A stretch of 64,000 nt of DNA from a virus (IMGVR_UViG_3300014826_000005:8167-72166); one strand, 5' to 3'; numbered from the stretch's first letter, positions 17,550 to 28,092 are shown. Translations and numbers: made by a program. Notes: generated by a model from the letters alone, not told the origin.

Positions 17550-19757
17550 TTAAGCTATGACATCAGTACTTAACTGTTGGTACTGTCTCTTATTAATATC
17601 AATTTCAATAATAATAGACTTCGTTAATCCTCTGAATGTTACATCTACATAGCAATGTAAAATAGAGTGGTTAAATTCGTACTTAGTTGTATTGAATGAG
17701 ATATTGAAATCTTGTACAGCTGTACCAGCCCAACCAGCATATTTAGCTTTTTCAACAGCGATGAAATCATTTCTGATATCAGCATCTGTGAAGTTATAGA
17801 GCTGACTGTATGAATCTCTTTCGATTAATCTCTTGAGTTCATATAATGTAGCTGCATTATTTTCTTCCATTAAATCAGTAATATTCTTTTGAGTTGTAGA
17901 TTGAGTAGCTCTCCAGAATCTATTTTCACCAATACATTCGAAGTAGTTGAATCTGTGTTCATAGAGTTTTTCTTTAACAGCAGTATCATATTCTTCGATA
18001 ACTGGGACCATACTATCTCTAACATGACCAGATAATTCTGCATTAGAGAATACTAATGGAATATAGAAACTACGCTGATTTAAATGATTAGCATAAGTAG
18101 CAGATAAGTAGTAAGAAATTGTTACACGACATTTCTTATTTGTACTACTTTCTTTTACAAGGTAGTTATGGATATCAATAGATACCATACGTGAATCAAA
18201 GATAGAATATTGATTAAATAAAGCATTCAATGAAGAATCACTTAATGAATCAATAATACCAGTATCCAACCATACACGGCAATCATTACGGCTTTCAGCT
18301 AAAGCAACGATTGTCTTTTTAACAGACATTGGATAATTGGCATCAAAGAATGATGTAACTGGAATACGACGAGGAGATAAAATCTTCTTATCATATGTAC
18401 CATTATAAGCGTTACATAAAGCAGCTTCAACTTCTTCTGCAACAGTCCATTTCTTTGTTTCACCATTAACAACTTCACTTCTTGGGTTATCAAAATAGCC
18501 ATTATGACCATTAAGTAATTCAAGACCATGAGTAGAAGTGAAGTCTACGATTACTGTACCAGCATCAGCAGTTGCATAATCTTTAGAATCATAATCTTTA
18601 GCAGTTACATCTACTAAAGATGTTAATTCTTTAACGATGCAAATAGCAGGTAATAATTCAGTAGAAGAAACTTTCTTACCAAAGATAACGTCAAATTCAT
18701 CATTATCAGGTAAGTTATCTTTTTCAGTTTCAGTAATTAAATCATTAATCTTAATTAATTCGTTATATTTATCTACATACTTATCATCTAAAGCAACAGT
18801 GCCATTCATCATTTCTTCAGGAATAGCATATTCTTTTACTTTTGTTTCATATTCTTTTTCAAGATCAGCATGTAAAGCAGTAACGAAGTTAATATAAGCA
18901 TCATAAATAGCATCAACATTTTCTTCATTAGTCATTACGTTTACTGGAACGACACCAGGTTCTACGTCAGATAATACATCATCGATAAGAGTGGCTGTTT
19001 CAGAACCATATTTAACTGAAGAAATAAGAGCACCAGTATATTGTGCATCTTTAGTTAATGAAGTTTCTGAATTCAATACATCAAAATTATAGAATTTAAT
19101 ACCATATTCCTTTTCATAATTAAGAGCTTGAGAAAGTCTTAATGAGAATAAATTACCACAAGAACCTCTACCAGTGTATCTAGCAGCTAAAATTTGTTTC
19201 TGAATAAATCCAGAACCATCTTTATATGTAGATTCACCTAAAGGTGTTTTTGTAGGAGTACCGTTAAATTCTTTAAATTTTTCTTTTAGAATATCATCAG
19301 AAGTTACGTTTTCGAAACTCTTAGCAACTAATTTAATTCTAAATTTTCTTTTAGAAGCGTCAGCAGCATCATCTGCTGTATCAGCCTTATAAAAAGCAGA
19401 AACAACTGCATTGGCATACGCAGCGTTTTCTGGCATAACTCTCATAAACCAGACAACAGTGTTGTCTTGATCAAGGACGTTTAAGGCTTGCATCAAAGGC
19501 TGACCATATTTTTTAAAGTTAGATTCTCCAAACATCTTGACAGCGTCAACTCTTGAAGATTTTCTAACCCATTTGTTATCAATTCCTTTAGAAGAAATCA
19601 CAGCATAAGCTTGAGTGACACTAGTATCGCCAGCAGCATTTGTTGTATCATCAGCTACTTGAGTGTAGTCATTGATGTGTGTTTCAACATTAGGAAATGA
19701 AAATTTAGGTACAATTTGTGTCGTTTGAGCCATTGTACTTTCCTCCTCACTTTTCAT
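17550..19757 (-). CDS. Contractile tail sheath protein
   Basis: About 727 aa (likely start 19733); N-terminal MFGESNFKKYGQP and sheath-like C-terminus; late promoter. Confidence 0.82.
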   Translation of the reverse strand: MKSEEESTMAQTTQIVPKFSFPNVETHINDYTQVADDTTNAAGDTSVTQAYAVISSKGIDNKWVRKSSRVDAVKMFGESNFKKYGQPLMQALNVLDQDNTVVWFMRVMPENAAYANAVVSAFYKADTADDAADASKRKFRIKLVAKSFENVTSDDILKEKFKEFNGTPTKTPLGESTYKDGSGFIQKQILAARYTGRGSCGNLFSLRLSQALNYEKEYGIKFYNFDVLNSETSLTKDAQYTGALISSVKYGSETATLIDDVLSDVEPGVVPVNVMTNEENVDAIYDAYINFVTALHADLEKEYETKVKEYAIPEEMMNGTVALDDKYVDKYNELIKINDLITETEKDNLPDNDEFDVIFGKKVSSTELLPAICIVKELTSLVDVTAKDYDSKDYATADAGTVIVDFTSTHGLELLNGHNGYFDNPRSEVVNGETKKWTVAEEVEAALCNAYNGTYDKKILSPRRIPVTSFFDANYPMSVKKTIVALAESRNDCRVWLDTGIIDSLSDSSLNALFNQYSIFDSRMVSIDIHNYLVKESSTNKKCRVTISYYLSATYANHLNQRSFYIPLVFSNAELSGHVRDSMVPVIEEYDTAVKEKLYEHRFNYFECIGENRFWRATQSTTQKNITDLMEENNAATLYELKRLIERDSYSQLYNFTDADIRNDFIAVEKAKYAGWAGTAVQDFNISFNTTKYEFNHSILHCYVDVTFRGLTKSIIIEIDINKRQYQQLSTDVIA

Positions 19758-19808
19758 GAATTTAATATATTCTTTTTTATAAAAATGAATATTAATTTCA
19801 TAGATTTT

Positions 19809-19820
19809 TATATTATTGTT
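19809..19820 (-). promoter_or_regulatory. Late-type promoter AACA-N6-TA
   Basis: AACAataataTA upstream of the sheath. Confidence 0.55.
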
Positions 19821-19851
19821 TGTTTTACCCTCTAAATCTGAACGGTTTATC

Positions 19852-20592
19852 TTATAATTTTAAGAGTTGTTCAACTGGTGAATAGGTTTCTTCTTGCTTT
19901 TCTCTTGTTCGATTCAGTGATGTTGTCACCATCGAATCAAAGTCTTCAAATGTTAAAGCTGTAAAAGTAGATGAGTATTGGCAGATTTCTCGTATATTAA
20001 TCATACGATAATCAAATTGTGATGTATGGGGATTTTTTCCAATAACTTGGGCAAACTTTTTCGTTGGGTCATTCTTATATCGATAAATACCAGAAAGAAT
20101 GAGTTCTTCAATAACAGAAGTAACACCTAATCCAACACCATTTAAGTCTTGATTTTTCTCCCATATACGTAAAGATTTTTCATAAGGAATATTATCAGGT
20201 AACTTACCTTTTAGTATGAATTGCAAATAAGATTCACAATTACTACTATCTTCAATAGTACCATTATTCATAATCTTATCCCCTTTACGATAATGCAATA
20301 TCATACAATCGATAGGTTCCTCATATCCTTCTATTCTAACTTTACTTACATCAGTATCACCAATGAATAATTCTATCCATGTAGGAACATTAAAGACTTT
20401 CGTTGTCGTAATATCCCCTTTTTCATTTTTAAATCCCACATTAAAGATTCCTATTGTACGAATAATAGATCCTTTTTCTTCAGCAAATCCTCCTGGAGAC
20501 TTAAAGTAATCCATAGGTAGATAGAAATCAGCTTGAGGAGCATTTAAATAGATATATTTATTATCCATTTTAAAATACATATTTTCTTCCAT
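19852..20592 (-). CDS. Hypothetical protein
   Basis: 246 aa, GAGGTG RBS. Confidence 0.8.
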   Translation of the reverse strand: MEENMYFKMDNKYIYLNAPQADFYLPMDYFKSPGGFAEEKGSIIRTIGIFNVGFKNEKGDITTTKVFNVPTWIELFIGDTDVSKVRIEGYEEPIDCMILHYRKGDKIMNNGTIEDSSNCESYLQFILKGKLPDNIPYEKSLRIWEKNQDLNGVGLGVTSVIEELILSGIYRYKNDPTKKFAQVIGKNPHTSQFDYRMINIREICQYSSTFTALTFEDFDSMVTTSLNRTREKQEETYSPVEQLLKL

Positions 20593-20643
20593 ATTATCAC
20601 CTCACTTTAATAAAATGATTTAACTAATTGTCTTAATGAATAG

Positions 20644-20931
20644 AAAAAGAAGAGATAACCTCTTACAGTTATCTCTTCTCTGGCGAACAACACACTGGAT
20701 GAGTGTGCTTAATTATCTCTTATGTGAAAGGTGGAAATTAACTATCGAATATATCAAAGAATCCATATAAGGTATTTCTGGCAATTTTATCATCAAATAT
20801 CAAGATACAATATGATTTATATTAGGAGTTACAATGTTGCTGTATGAACGGAGGAATGTCATAAATCCATCCACAGTCTTTACTTGTTGCATCAAAGGTA
20901 GGAGACCACCTTAATACCATCACATAAGATT
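20644..20931 (-). ncRNA. Candidate structured non-coding RNA (about 290 nt)
   Basis: Own late promoter and terminator; long-range stem 20906-20929 pairing with 20718-20734; internal hairpins; no RBS-led ORF on this strand. Confidence 0.6.
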
Positions 20932-20942
20932 ATAATTTTGTT
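20931..20942 (-). promoter_or_regulatory. Late-type promoter AACA-N6-TA
   Basis: AACAaaattaTA. Confidence 0.55.
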
Positions 20943-20953
20943 AATAAAATTAT

Positions 20954-21109
20954 TTATTTTTTACTAATATCAACATGGAACCAATCTTGATTATCTTTAT
21001 TAGCTAGTACACCTTTAACTTGCTTGTGATTAGCATCAATTAATTCTTCAATACGGTCCATATCATCAAGTGGTTTTTCGTCATTAATAGGTATAGAATC
21101 TTTATTCAT
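20954..21109 (-). CDS. Small protein (51 aa, MNKDSIPINDEKPLDDMDRIEELIDAN...), not in the ORF track
   Basis: TAATG coupling with the upstream gene. Confidence 0.6.
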   Translation of the reverse strand: MNKDSIPINDEKPLDDMDRIEELIDANHKQVKGVLANKDNQDWFHVDISKK

Positions 21110-22731
21110 TACGCATCATCCTTTTCATCGTTAGGTGTCGATTCAGAATTTTCATCAGATTGCTGAACCGGACTTGATGTTAATTTATCACGATGTTCTT
21201 CAGCTACTGTTGATTGAAGATTCTTCATTGATTCATTTTGAGCTTTCAATGAATCTCCTAATTCTTTAATAGCATCATCTTTTGATGCGTCTTCTTTAAT
21301 TTCATTAGGATCTTCATCTGTAGGTTCAATTTGTTCTTCTTGAGAAGATTCTTCTTTCTTATTAGCTTCTTCTTCATCACGAATATCCGTTTGAATCAAT
21401 TCTTTCACTTTTTCATTATAACGAGTAGTCAGTTCTTCAGAACTTAATGATGCATCATATAAATCTTGTAACCCTAAATCCTTATATTTCTTCTCTAATA
21501 ACATTTTGCGATTAGATTCTTTATTTTCTTCCATTTCTTTACGTTTTTCATGATTCTTAAATGTAGAATTATTTTCTTTAAATAAATCAGAATAATTAAT
21601 AAAGTAATGGTCAATTTCTTCAATAATAGAAATAAATTCTTGTTCAAGTTCATCAGATGTAAATTTATGATAAACTAAGTTTGCTAATCCACCTGTTAAT
21701 GATTTAATAAACATGCTATCACGTTTATTATAAGGATCACCGTAGGCAACCATTCTCATATAAATAAATAAGAATAAGTTGTTAAATGGTCCATATTCTT
21801 CAGGTAAGAAATTTTCTTCAATATTAAAGAAGTATGTGTAAATAGATGGATTGAAACCAAAACGATGAATTTTATTCTTATATTTATTAACGATATAAGA
21901 ACCTTTCACATTACCATTGAATCCCTCAATGATATTTTTAATTTCATCATCTCCATAACGTAAGAATCTATCTTTAACAAATGAGAAATCTAATGATTTC
22001 TTCATAGTATCAAGCATTTCTTCAATTTCACGCTTCTTAATATTATCGGTTTCCTTTTGTACAGCTTCCTCTAAAGTTGCAATACGTTTCTTTTTTAATT
22101 CGATAATTTTATCAGAATTTAAATAGTTGTAATAATCTCTAAAGACATCATTAGCTTCTTCTGTCAATTCTTCTGTTTCTTGTTTTGATTTATAAAGAGA
22201 AACAGATAAATTCTTAGTATCAAGTAATGCGTCACGAAGTTTTTCTTCATCATCTATCACATTTTCTATAATAATTTCATCTGTCATATATGATGATGCA
22301 AAGGCTTTCATATCTTCATAACTCATTGTCTCAATATCGGATTGTCTAAATTGAAGAATATTAAACAACATCTCTTTATCAAATCCGTAGCAGATTTTAA
22401 TCGTATATTCATAGAATTTACGAAGTGTATCATATTGCTCTTGAGCCATTTTTAAATAATCTTTAATGAGTTTATAATCTGTAGGATTAATACCACCATT
22501 ATTATTAGTACTTTCTTCTTTTTGTTCATCTTTCTCAACTATAGAATCATCAACTTCTTTATCCTTAGGAGATTCTTCTGTTACTTCTGTTGCTGATTCT
22601 TCAGTTGTTTTTAATTCTGTATTTTCTTCCATTATTATAGTCCTCCTTAATAAAATACTAATATTATTAAAATGTGAAAAAAATAATAAATAATAAGTCA
22701 TACCGTATGATAGGATATTTGAGGTATACAT
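21109..22731 (-). CDS. Acidic coiled-coil hypothetical protein
   Basis: Likely start MEENTE after AGGAGG (about 22632). Confidence 0.8.
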   Translation of the reverse strand: MYTSNILSYGMTYYLLFFSHFNNISILLRRTIIMEENTELKTTEESATEVTEESPKDKEVDDSIVEKDEQKEESTNNNGGINPTDYKLIKDYLKMAQEQYDTLRKFYEYTIKICYGFDKEMLFNILQFRQSDIETMSYEDMKAFASSYMTDEIIIENVIDDEEKLRDALLDTKNLSVSLYKSKQETEELTEEANDVFRDYYNYLNSDKIIELKKKRIATLEEAVQKETDNIKKREIEEMLDTMKKSLDFSFVKDRFLRYGDDEIKNIIEGFNGNVKGSYIVNKYKNKIHRFGFNPSIYTYFFNIEENFLPEEYGPFNNLFLFIYMRMVAYGDPYNKRDSMFIKSLTGGLANLVYHKFTSDELEQEFISIIEEIDHYFINYSDLFKENNSTFKNHEKRKEMEENKESNRKMLLEKKYKDLGLQDLYDASLSSEELTTRYNEKVKELIQTDIRDEEEANKKEESSQEEQIEPTDEDPNEIKEDASKDDAIKELGDSLKAQNESMKNLQSTVAEEHRDKLTSSPVQQSDENSESTPNDEKDDA

Positions 22732-22736
22732 TATCT
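22727..22736 (+). promoter_or_regulatory. Early-type promoter motif TACATTATCT
   Basis: Recurrent motif. Confidence 0.55.
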
Positions 22737-22828
22737 ATATGCTACATCGAAAATATATAAACGATATAGCCATCATCTATGTCCTTTTTAGACACACAGA
22801 TGATGTACATAGTAAAGGAGGTGAAACT

Positions 22829-22912
22829 ATGTACGTTAATATCTGGGACGAGAACACCGTCCTCATCGAATGGGATGAGGATGGTGATTCCGATTCCGAT
22901 GATGATGAATAG
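22829..22912 (+). CDS. Acidic micropeptide (27 aa, MYVNIWDENTVLIEWDEDGDSDSDDDE)
   Basis: AAGGAGGTG RBS, own promoter motif and terminator. Confidence 0.65.
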   Translation: MYVNIWDENTVLIEWDEDGDSDSDDDE

Positions 22913-22945
22913 AAGGGTGGATTTCTCCACCCTTCTATTTTTTTG
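22910..22945. terminator. Intrinsic terminator
   Basis: TAGAAGGGTGG/CCACCCTTCTA stem followed by a T run. Confidence 0.8.
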
Positions 22946-24255
22946 TTAAAAATGATTTAATTCATCAAAGAAATCTAGTGGGATATCACCACCATCATCA
23001 TATGAATCAACAGCAACATCGGTTGAATTATCATAAATAGAATTTTGAATATTTCCAGATTTATAAAGACGATATGTTTGTTCTTGAGACTTAGCAATAG
23101 CATCTTTCATCATTTGGTCCCAATTCATTTCTTTTTCTGTAAGAATTTCTTTCTCTCTTACAGTTTTAGCATCATCTATTATTTTTTTATCGACAAGATT
23201 AGGATCGATTTCTTCAGGATGTTTTAATCCTGAATTATTCAACTCTTCATCTTGTGCACCTTTATAAATACCAAATAATTCTAAGTTATTACCATGATAA
23301 TAAACATAAAGACCGATAAGGTAACTCATAACGGAGTCATCATGGAAACCTGTACCAGCTTCAATACGACCAGCTTTTGTTCTTACTAATCGTGTGATAT
23401 CTCTTGTAATATTATGGGTAACAAATTTATCTTTATATTCAGAGACATGACGTGACAATATTGCCATCATATCATCTCTTGATTTACCAGCTGTATAAAC
23501 ACCATAGTATTTCTTCATAACAGACTGCTTTTTAAGCATACTTTCTGTTACTTCAGCACTACGCATCGTTTCTTCTACTAAATCTCTATTTTTATCATAG
23601 TAAAGACGATTACGAATTTTGGAATGAAGTAAATGGTCAATAATACCATCACCCATGCTATTACGTTCAATAACAACAACTGCACGAGGAATAACTGTTG
23701 ATATTAATTCAATAATCAATTTCTCATACATCGTTTCACCAATGAATGAAGATTCAAATTCTGCAACAGGCTTTACTGTATAAGGATTTAATATGGTGAT
23801 AGCGTTGTTATCTCCTGATGTACCTGTAGAACAGTCGACAGATACAATATAAGGAATTTTTTTCTTTAAAGGTTCATAAATATCAAATTTAAAATATTCT
23901 AATAACCATAATTCATCTATAGGTTTCTTTTCAACTTCAACAAGATATTCCATATCTTCTTGAGGGAATGGAGATAAAGATGAACCATGCAATCTTTGTA
24001 ATAAAATTTCTCTTCGTGTTGTCAATGGGTCTTGGATCTTAGCAGAAATATTTCTTAACCAAGCCTCTGTTTTCCCTATTTGCTTATAAGAGTATTCTAT
24101 ATAGAAAATTTTATTACAATCTTTCCCTGCTGCTTCAATATATTTTTGAATTTGCTCATCGGTCATATCATAGACACGTTCTGTCCATTTAACCGTTTTA
24201 TCAAGAATCTGTTGACCTTCCAACCCTTCTTGGGTATCAAGGTCTCCCGGTGTGC
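22946..24255 (-). CDS. terL: Terminase large subunit, exon 2 (end of ATPase plus RNase H-like nuclease)
   Basis: (C)TPGDLDT..., VSVDCSTG, HDDSVM; in frame after removing the intron. Confidence 0.85.
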
Positions 24256-24743
24256 CACCAGTATTTTTGTAGACTATATCACCATCTTTAATATACTATT
24301 ACCATATATAAAAGAGCCTCCCATTTCAGTTTATTGTATATATGAAATATACTCACCTACATTTCGTCCTATCATTGGACCTACTCGCTTATCAAGCCAC
24401 CTAGTATGATTACTATTTTGATATTTCTATCTGCATGACTGTCTAGCTTTCCCTAGTCGTTGAGCTTTCATGTTAATGTGATATTAATAAAAATTCGTTC
24501 ATTAACATGCTTAGTTGCGGATTGTCTCTATACATAACCTTTTTACTATACCTTTGGAGTTACCCATTGCCACTAGATGTATTACTACTCTAGCTTAGTA
24601 GTTATGAACTATCGAGTGCATATTTCTATGCATTCAAATAATTGATTATCTTTATCTTCATTATTTGAAACGTTCCCGCAGTTAAAGAGGTTTTATTTAC
24701 ATTAGTCACCTAATGTTTACGCACAATCCTTAATCTCGATTCT
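24256..24743 (-). ncRNA. Group I intron in terL (488 nt, no ORF)
   Basis: P AACTGCGGGAA (24673-83), Q AATCCGCAAC (24514-23), R TCAACGACTA (24454-63), S GATATAGTCT (24271-80); exon 1 ends in U paired with G of the IGS; terminal G; P10 GCACA/TGTGC. Confidence 0.9.
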
Positions 24744-25566
24744 ACGTAAAAATACGCGCATGCATGGCGTGATTTCGCTTCGCATTTAAAGCGGCCGTTT
24801 CATAAGTTGATACTGAGTTGGAAATAATTGTTTTAATATGCTTTGTAAATTCTGGTTCATCAAAATGAAGAATAGGAGCCGTCAAACCTCTGGCAAGAGA
24901 TAATGCTTGGTCATAAGATGTCGCTTTATTCTTAATGACAATAGAGTTTCCATTAATAGGGTTCCCTAATTCAGTCGCATTTTCTTTTGCTTTAATAACT
25001 TTACCATCTTCATTAACAATGAATCGTGATTGCATATATTTAGGCAATAAGTCAATTTGGTCTCTCATAGACTTAAGGTTTGCCTTAGCATTAGGACCAT
25101 CTTTGTTGACAAAGATAAACTTTGAGTTTGTTGTACCAAAAAGATAAGCCCATGTTTGAAGTGCTAAAGCCGAAACGGTTTTACCTTGCTGACGAGGTAA
25201 ACATAACCATGAGTCCAGACCTTTAATGATACAATAAGCTTGAGCAATATTTCCTCGATTTGCTCTATATCTTACGAAGTTCCCACCTTGGTCTGGTATA
25301 TGACATATTTCTCGTAAATAATACCAAGGATTACGAGCACATTCTATCATTACACGAGAGACTTGATCTCTTGATAAATTACAAACACCATCTTCATCTA
25401 CAGAATATGGATCAATATTAATAAGTGTCCAATCATATATTAACAGTGGAAAATAATAATTTTTAACGCCTAAGACTTTTAAATCTCTAGAGAGTTGAAT
25501 AAAAGATGTGTTAGAAGTTCCTAGGTCATAAAAATTATTTTTGATATTTGCAATTCTTCCAGCCAT
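24744..25566 (-). CDS. terL: Terminase large subunit, exon 1 (ATPase)
   Basis: Walker A PRQQGKT, Walker B HFDE; spliced product 710 aa reading ARIFT-C-TPGDL. Confidence 0.88.
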
Positions 25567-25653
25567 TATATTTTTTCACCTCACTTTATAATCATTAAAT
25601 AAAGGTAGAAAAAATAAAGTAATATAAGTAATTTACTTATATTACTTTATCTA

Positions 25654-26889
25654 TTAGTATTTAGTATTAAGACGATAATTGGATGCAATATCGATGATAA
25701 TTGTTTTTGTAGTATCACCATAAGTAATCTCATGTAAATAGTGATTGATATCATTTATGTCATTACATGTGAGATAAATTGTATTTAAATATCTTTTATC
25801 GATATTCTCAAGAATCGTATAACTATCTTCATAGTATCCAATATTGAGTGTCTTGATATACTCCTCATTAAATAATTTTTTTAAATTATAATCGCTAGGG
25901 TTATCAACTAATGCACACCCTGTTACATTCATATAGGGTAGAGTAATTAAACAATCATTGTCTAAGTAAATACAATAATCATATGGTGAATGTTTTTCTT
26001 GTTTATTAGAATAATTTCTTTCTGATGCAACCATGTTGAGGACTAAAGAATTATTCAATAATGCCATTTGTTGAATATTTTTATAAAATGATGATTGATC
26101 ATTAGGCTTTTTAAAATAGCATTTCGCTTCTTTTTTTCCAGTCTTTTTTAGATAGATATAAAATCTTTCCATAAAATGTCTATTACTAGGATTATCTCGT
26201 AAGATGATTTTTTTAAATCCTCTTTCATAAGCAATAAGAAATAAGAAGTGATCAATATTCAATTCATCATATGTCAGCATATCTTCTTTTTGAATGATTT
26301 GGTCCCAACGTGAGTCTGGTATGGGATTAATCTTAAGACGTATAAGATTGGATACATCATCAACAGTTTTCATATATTCTCTAAAGAAAAACCATATATT
26401 ATTATAAATTTCATCATTAATGATTTTTTTATAATCAGCTCGTTTAGGTTCATAATGACGTTTTTTTAATGATTCAAAAATATCACCATCTTCTAAAACA
26501 TCATTATTATAATGATAAACGATGGAACGATATTTAAAAAATTTTGGTGATGCTGAATAATAATAAGTGGATTGTATTGATTTAGGTATACTTTTATCAA
26601 TAAGAAATGGCTCTGCTAATAGTTTTTCATTATTCTCATCTGAATTTTTGAATTTATCATCTGAAAAATAATAAATTTTATTTTTGTTTTTATCGTCAAC
26701 TTTTAAATCTCTTAATAACTCCCATAAATTTTTAATATAAGTATTGCCTGTAATAAATGAAATAGCCATATACTTTCCTCCTTTGATATTTAAATCAACG
26801 TTACGAGAAAAATACATTAATATAAATATTAAATATTTAAGAAAGGGGTCATGTGTGTACAATGGAAAATCCTGATAATAAACCAGCAC
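25654..26889 (-). CDS. Hypothetical protein
   Basis: Likely start MAISF at 26769 after GAGG. Confidence 0.7.
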   Translation of the reverse strand: MLVYYQDFPLYTHDPFLKYLIFILMYFSRNVDLNIKGGKYMAISFITGNTYIKNLWELLRDLKVDDKNKNKIYYFSDDKFKNSDENNEKLLAEPFLIDKSIPKSIQSTYYYSASPKFFKYRSIVYHYNNDVLEDGDIFESLKKRHYEPKRADYKKIINDEIYNNIWFFFREYMKTVDDVSNLIRLKINPIPDSRWDQIIQKEDMLTYDELNIDHFLFLIAYERGFKKIILRDNPSNRHFMERFYIYLKKTGKKEAKCYFKKPNDQSSFYKNIQQMALLNNSLVLNMVASERNYSNKQEKHSPYDYCIYLDNDCLITLPYMNVTGCALVDNPSDYNLKKLFNEEYIKTLNIGYYEDSYTILENIDKRYLNTIYLTCNDINDINHYLHEITYGDTTKTIIIDIASNYRLNTKY

Positions 26890-27389
26890 CTTTTACACCT
26901 TTGGATGCTACTAAGATGGAAATGGATAGTAGATTTAAAGTTGTGAATGATCGTATTACAGAAACTGAAAACTTTTTAAATGATAAACTCTCTAACGCTG
27001 AAGTTAAGAATACATTACTTCAGAAAAGGATCAATAAATTACGAGTCATTACAATTATTCTTATTATATCAATTATTATCACTGGTGTCCTTTCTGTCAT
27101 ATCATATAAATTCCAAAAAGAAAGTGAAACTGAAAGATTATCCCATTATGAGAAGAATACTTATATTATTGCATATGCACGTGTATTCAATGATAAAAAT
27201 AAAACAATGGAAGAACAGATATATGCCTTTCTCGCAAAACATCCCAAAACAAGTTTTTCTTTAGATTCAGAACTTTATGAAAATCGATTTCGTGAGATAA
27301 ATGGTATTCCTCTTGATACAAATCTAGATAGAACTTCCAATGAAGGCTATCTATATTTTCCATATATTATTAATTATAAGGACGAATAA
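26853..27389 (+). CDS. Single-pass membrane protein with a coiled coil
   Basis: VITIILIISIIITGVLSVI transmembrane segment. Confidence 0.7.
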   Translation: MCTMENPDNKPAPFTPLDATKMEMDSRFKVVNDRITETENFLNDKLSNAEVKNTLLQKRINKLRVITIILIISIIITGVLSVISYKFQKESETERLSHYEKNTYIIAYARVFNDKNKTMEEQIYAFLAKHPKTSFSLDSELYENRFREINGIPLDTNLDRTSNEGYLYFPYIINYKDE

Positions 27390-27425
27390 TAAAGATAGAA
27401 AGAAGAAATGTATCTTCTTTCTATC

Positions 27426-28058
27426 TTATTTTTTCCAAAGATTCTTATTCAATTCTAAAACAGAGAAATCATTTGAGTTGTAAAGTAATGATTTATCAAT
27501 ATACTTATTGATTTGATCTCTATATTCATCAGATATAGCGTCTTTATATTTTTTGATAAATTCATTTAAATTACCATAAGCTTGATGATAGTTAATAAAG
27601 ATTTCTCCATCATGTATTTCTTGATGAACTGTAGTACTTACCATAACGACTTGAACACGATTTCTCATATGTTCTTGTAACACTACGTCAGCAACTCTAA
27701 ATGTAGAAATTTTCCATTTCTTTAATAAGAAATATTCTAGCACAATTGAACAAATATCGAATAAATTAAAAATAGGTCCGTGATGCATTTCGATATCAGC
27801 ATCTTCATCACTTATATCTTTCAATACTTGACAATGATTCAATTTAACTTCCTTTTTTAAATAAGAAATGTATTTGTTGTATCTATCATTGTGACGAACA
27901 GCATATTCAATTCCTTTTACAAAGGCTACATAACTTTCATAATTTGAGAAATACTCCAAATCTTTATACATTAATATCTTATAAAAAGACCCACTTGCGT
28001 CGACTATTGGTGTGAGGTCACTTTTATCATAAAGTATATCTGGTAACGATCTAGCCAT
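27426..28058 (-). CDS. Hypothetical protein with an HNH-like motif
   Basis: CQV...IEMHHGP...HQEIH; late promoter; divergent from the baseplate-like operon. Confidence 0.45.
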   Translation of the reverse strand: MARSLPDILYDKSDLTPIVDASGSFYKILMYKDLEYFSNYESYVAFVKGIEYAVRHNDRYNKYISYLKKEVKLNHCQVLKDISDEDADIEMHHGPIFNLFDICSIVLEYFLLKKWKISTFRVADVVLQEHMRNRVQVVMVSTTVHQEIHDGEIFINYHQAYGNLNEFIKKYKDAISDEYRDQINKYIDKSLLYNSNDFSVLELNKNLWKK

Positions 28059-28092
28059 TCATAATCCACCTCACTTTAAGCAATCTTTGTCT

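Noticed and set aside
20833-20846. ncRNA acting as a bridge or guide RNA for the fibre crossover core (TACAGCAACA versus TATAGCAATA)
   Set aside because: An 8/10 match in AT-rich DNA with non-wobble mismatches, and no IS110-like recombinase is seen; not distinguishable from chance.
22742-22930. 62-aa minus-strand ORF in the ORF track
   Set aside because: It starts inside a terminator without an RBS; the plus strand has a promoter, a strong RBS, a peptide ORF and a terminator.
24742-24744. TAG stop-codon reassignment to explain the split terminase
   Set aside because: The gap is a complete group I intron, many genes end cleanly in TAG, and long ORFs read through in the standard code.
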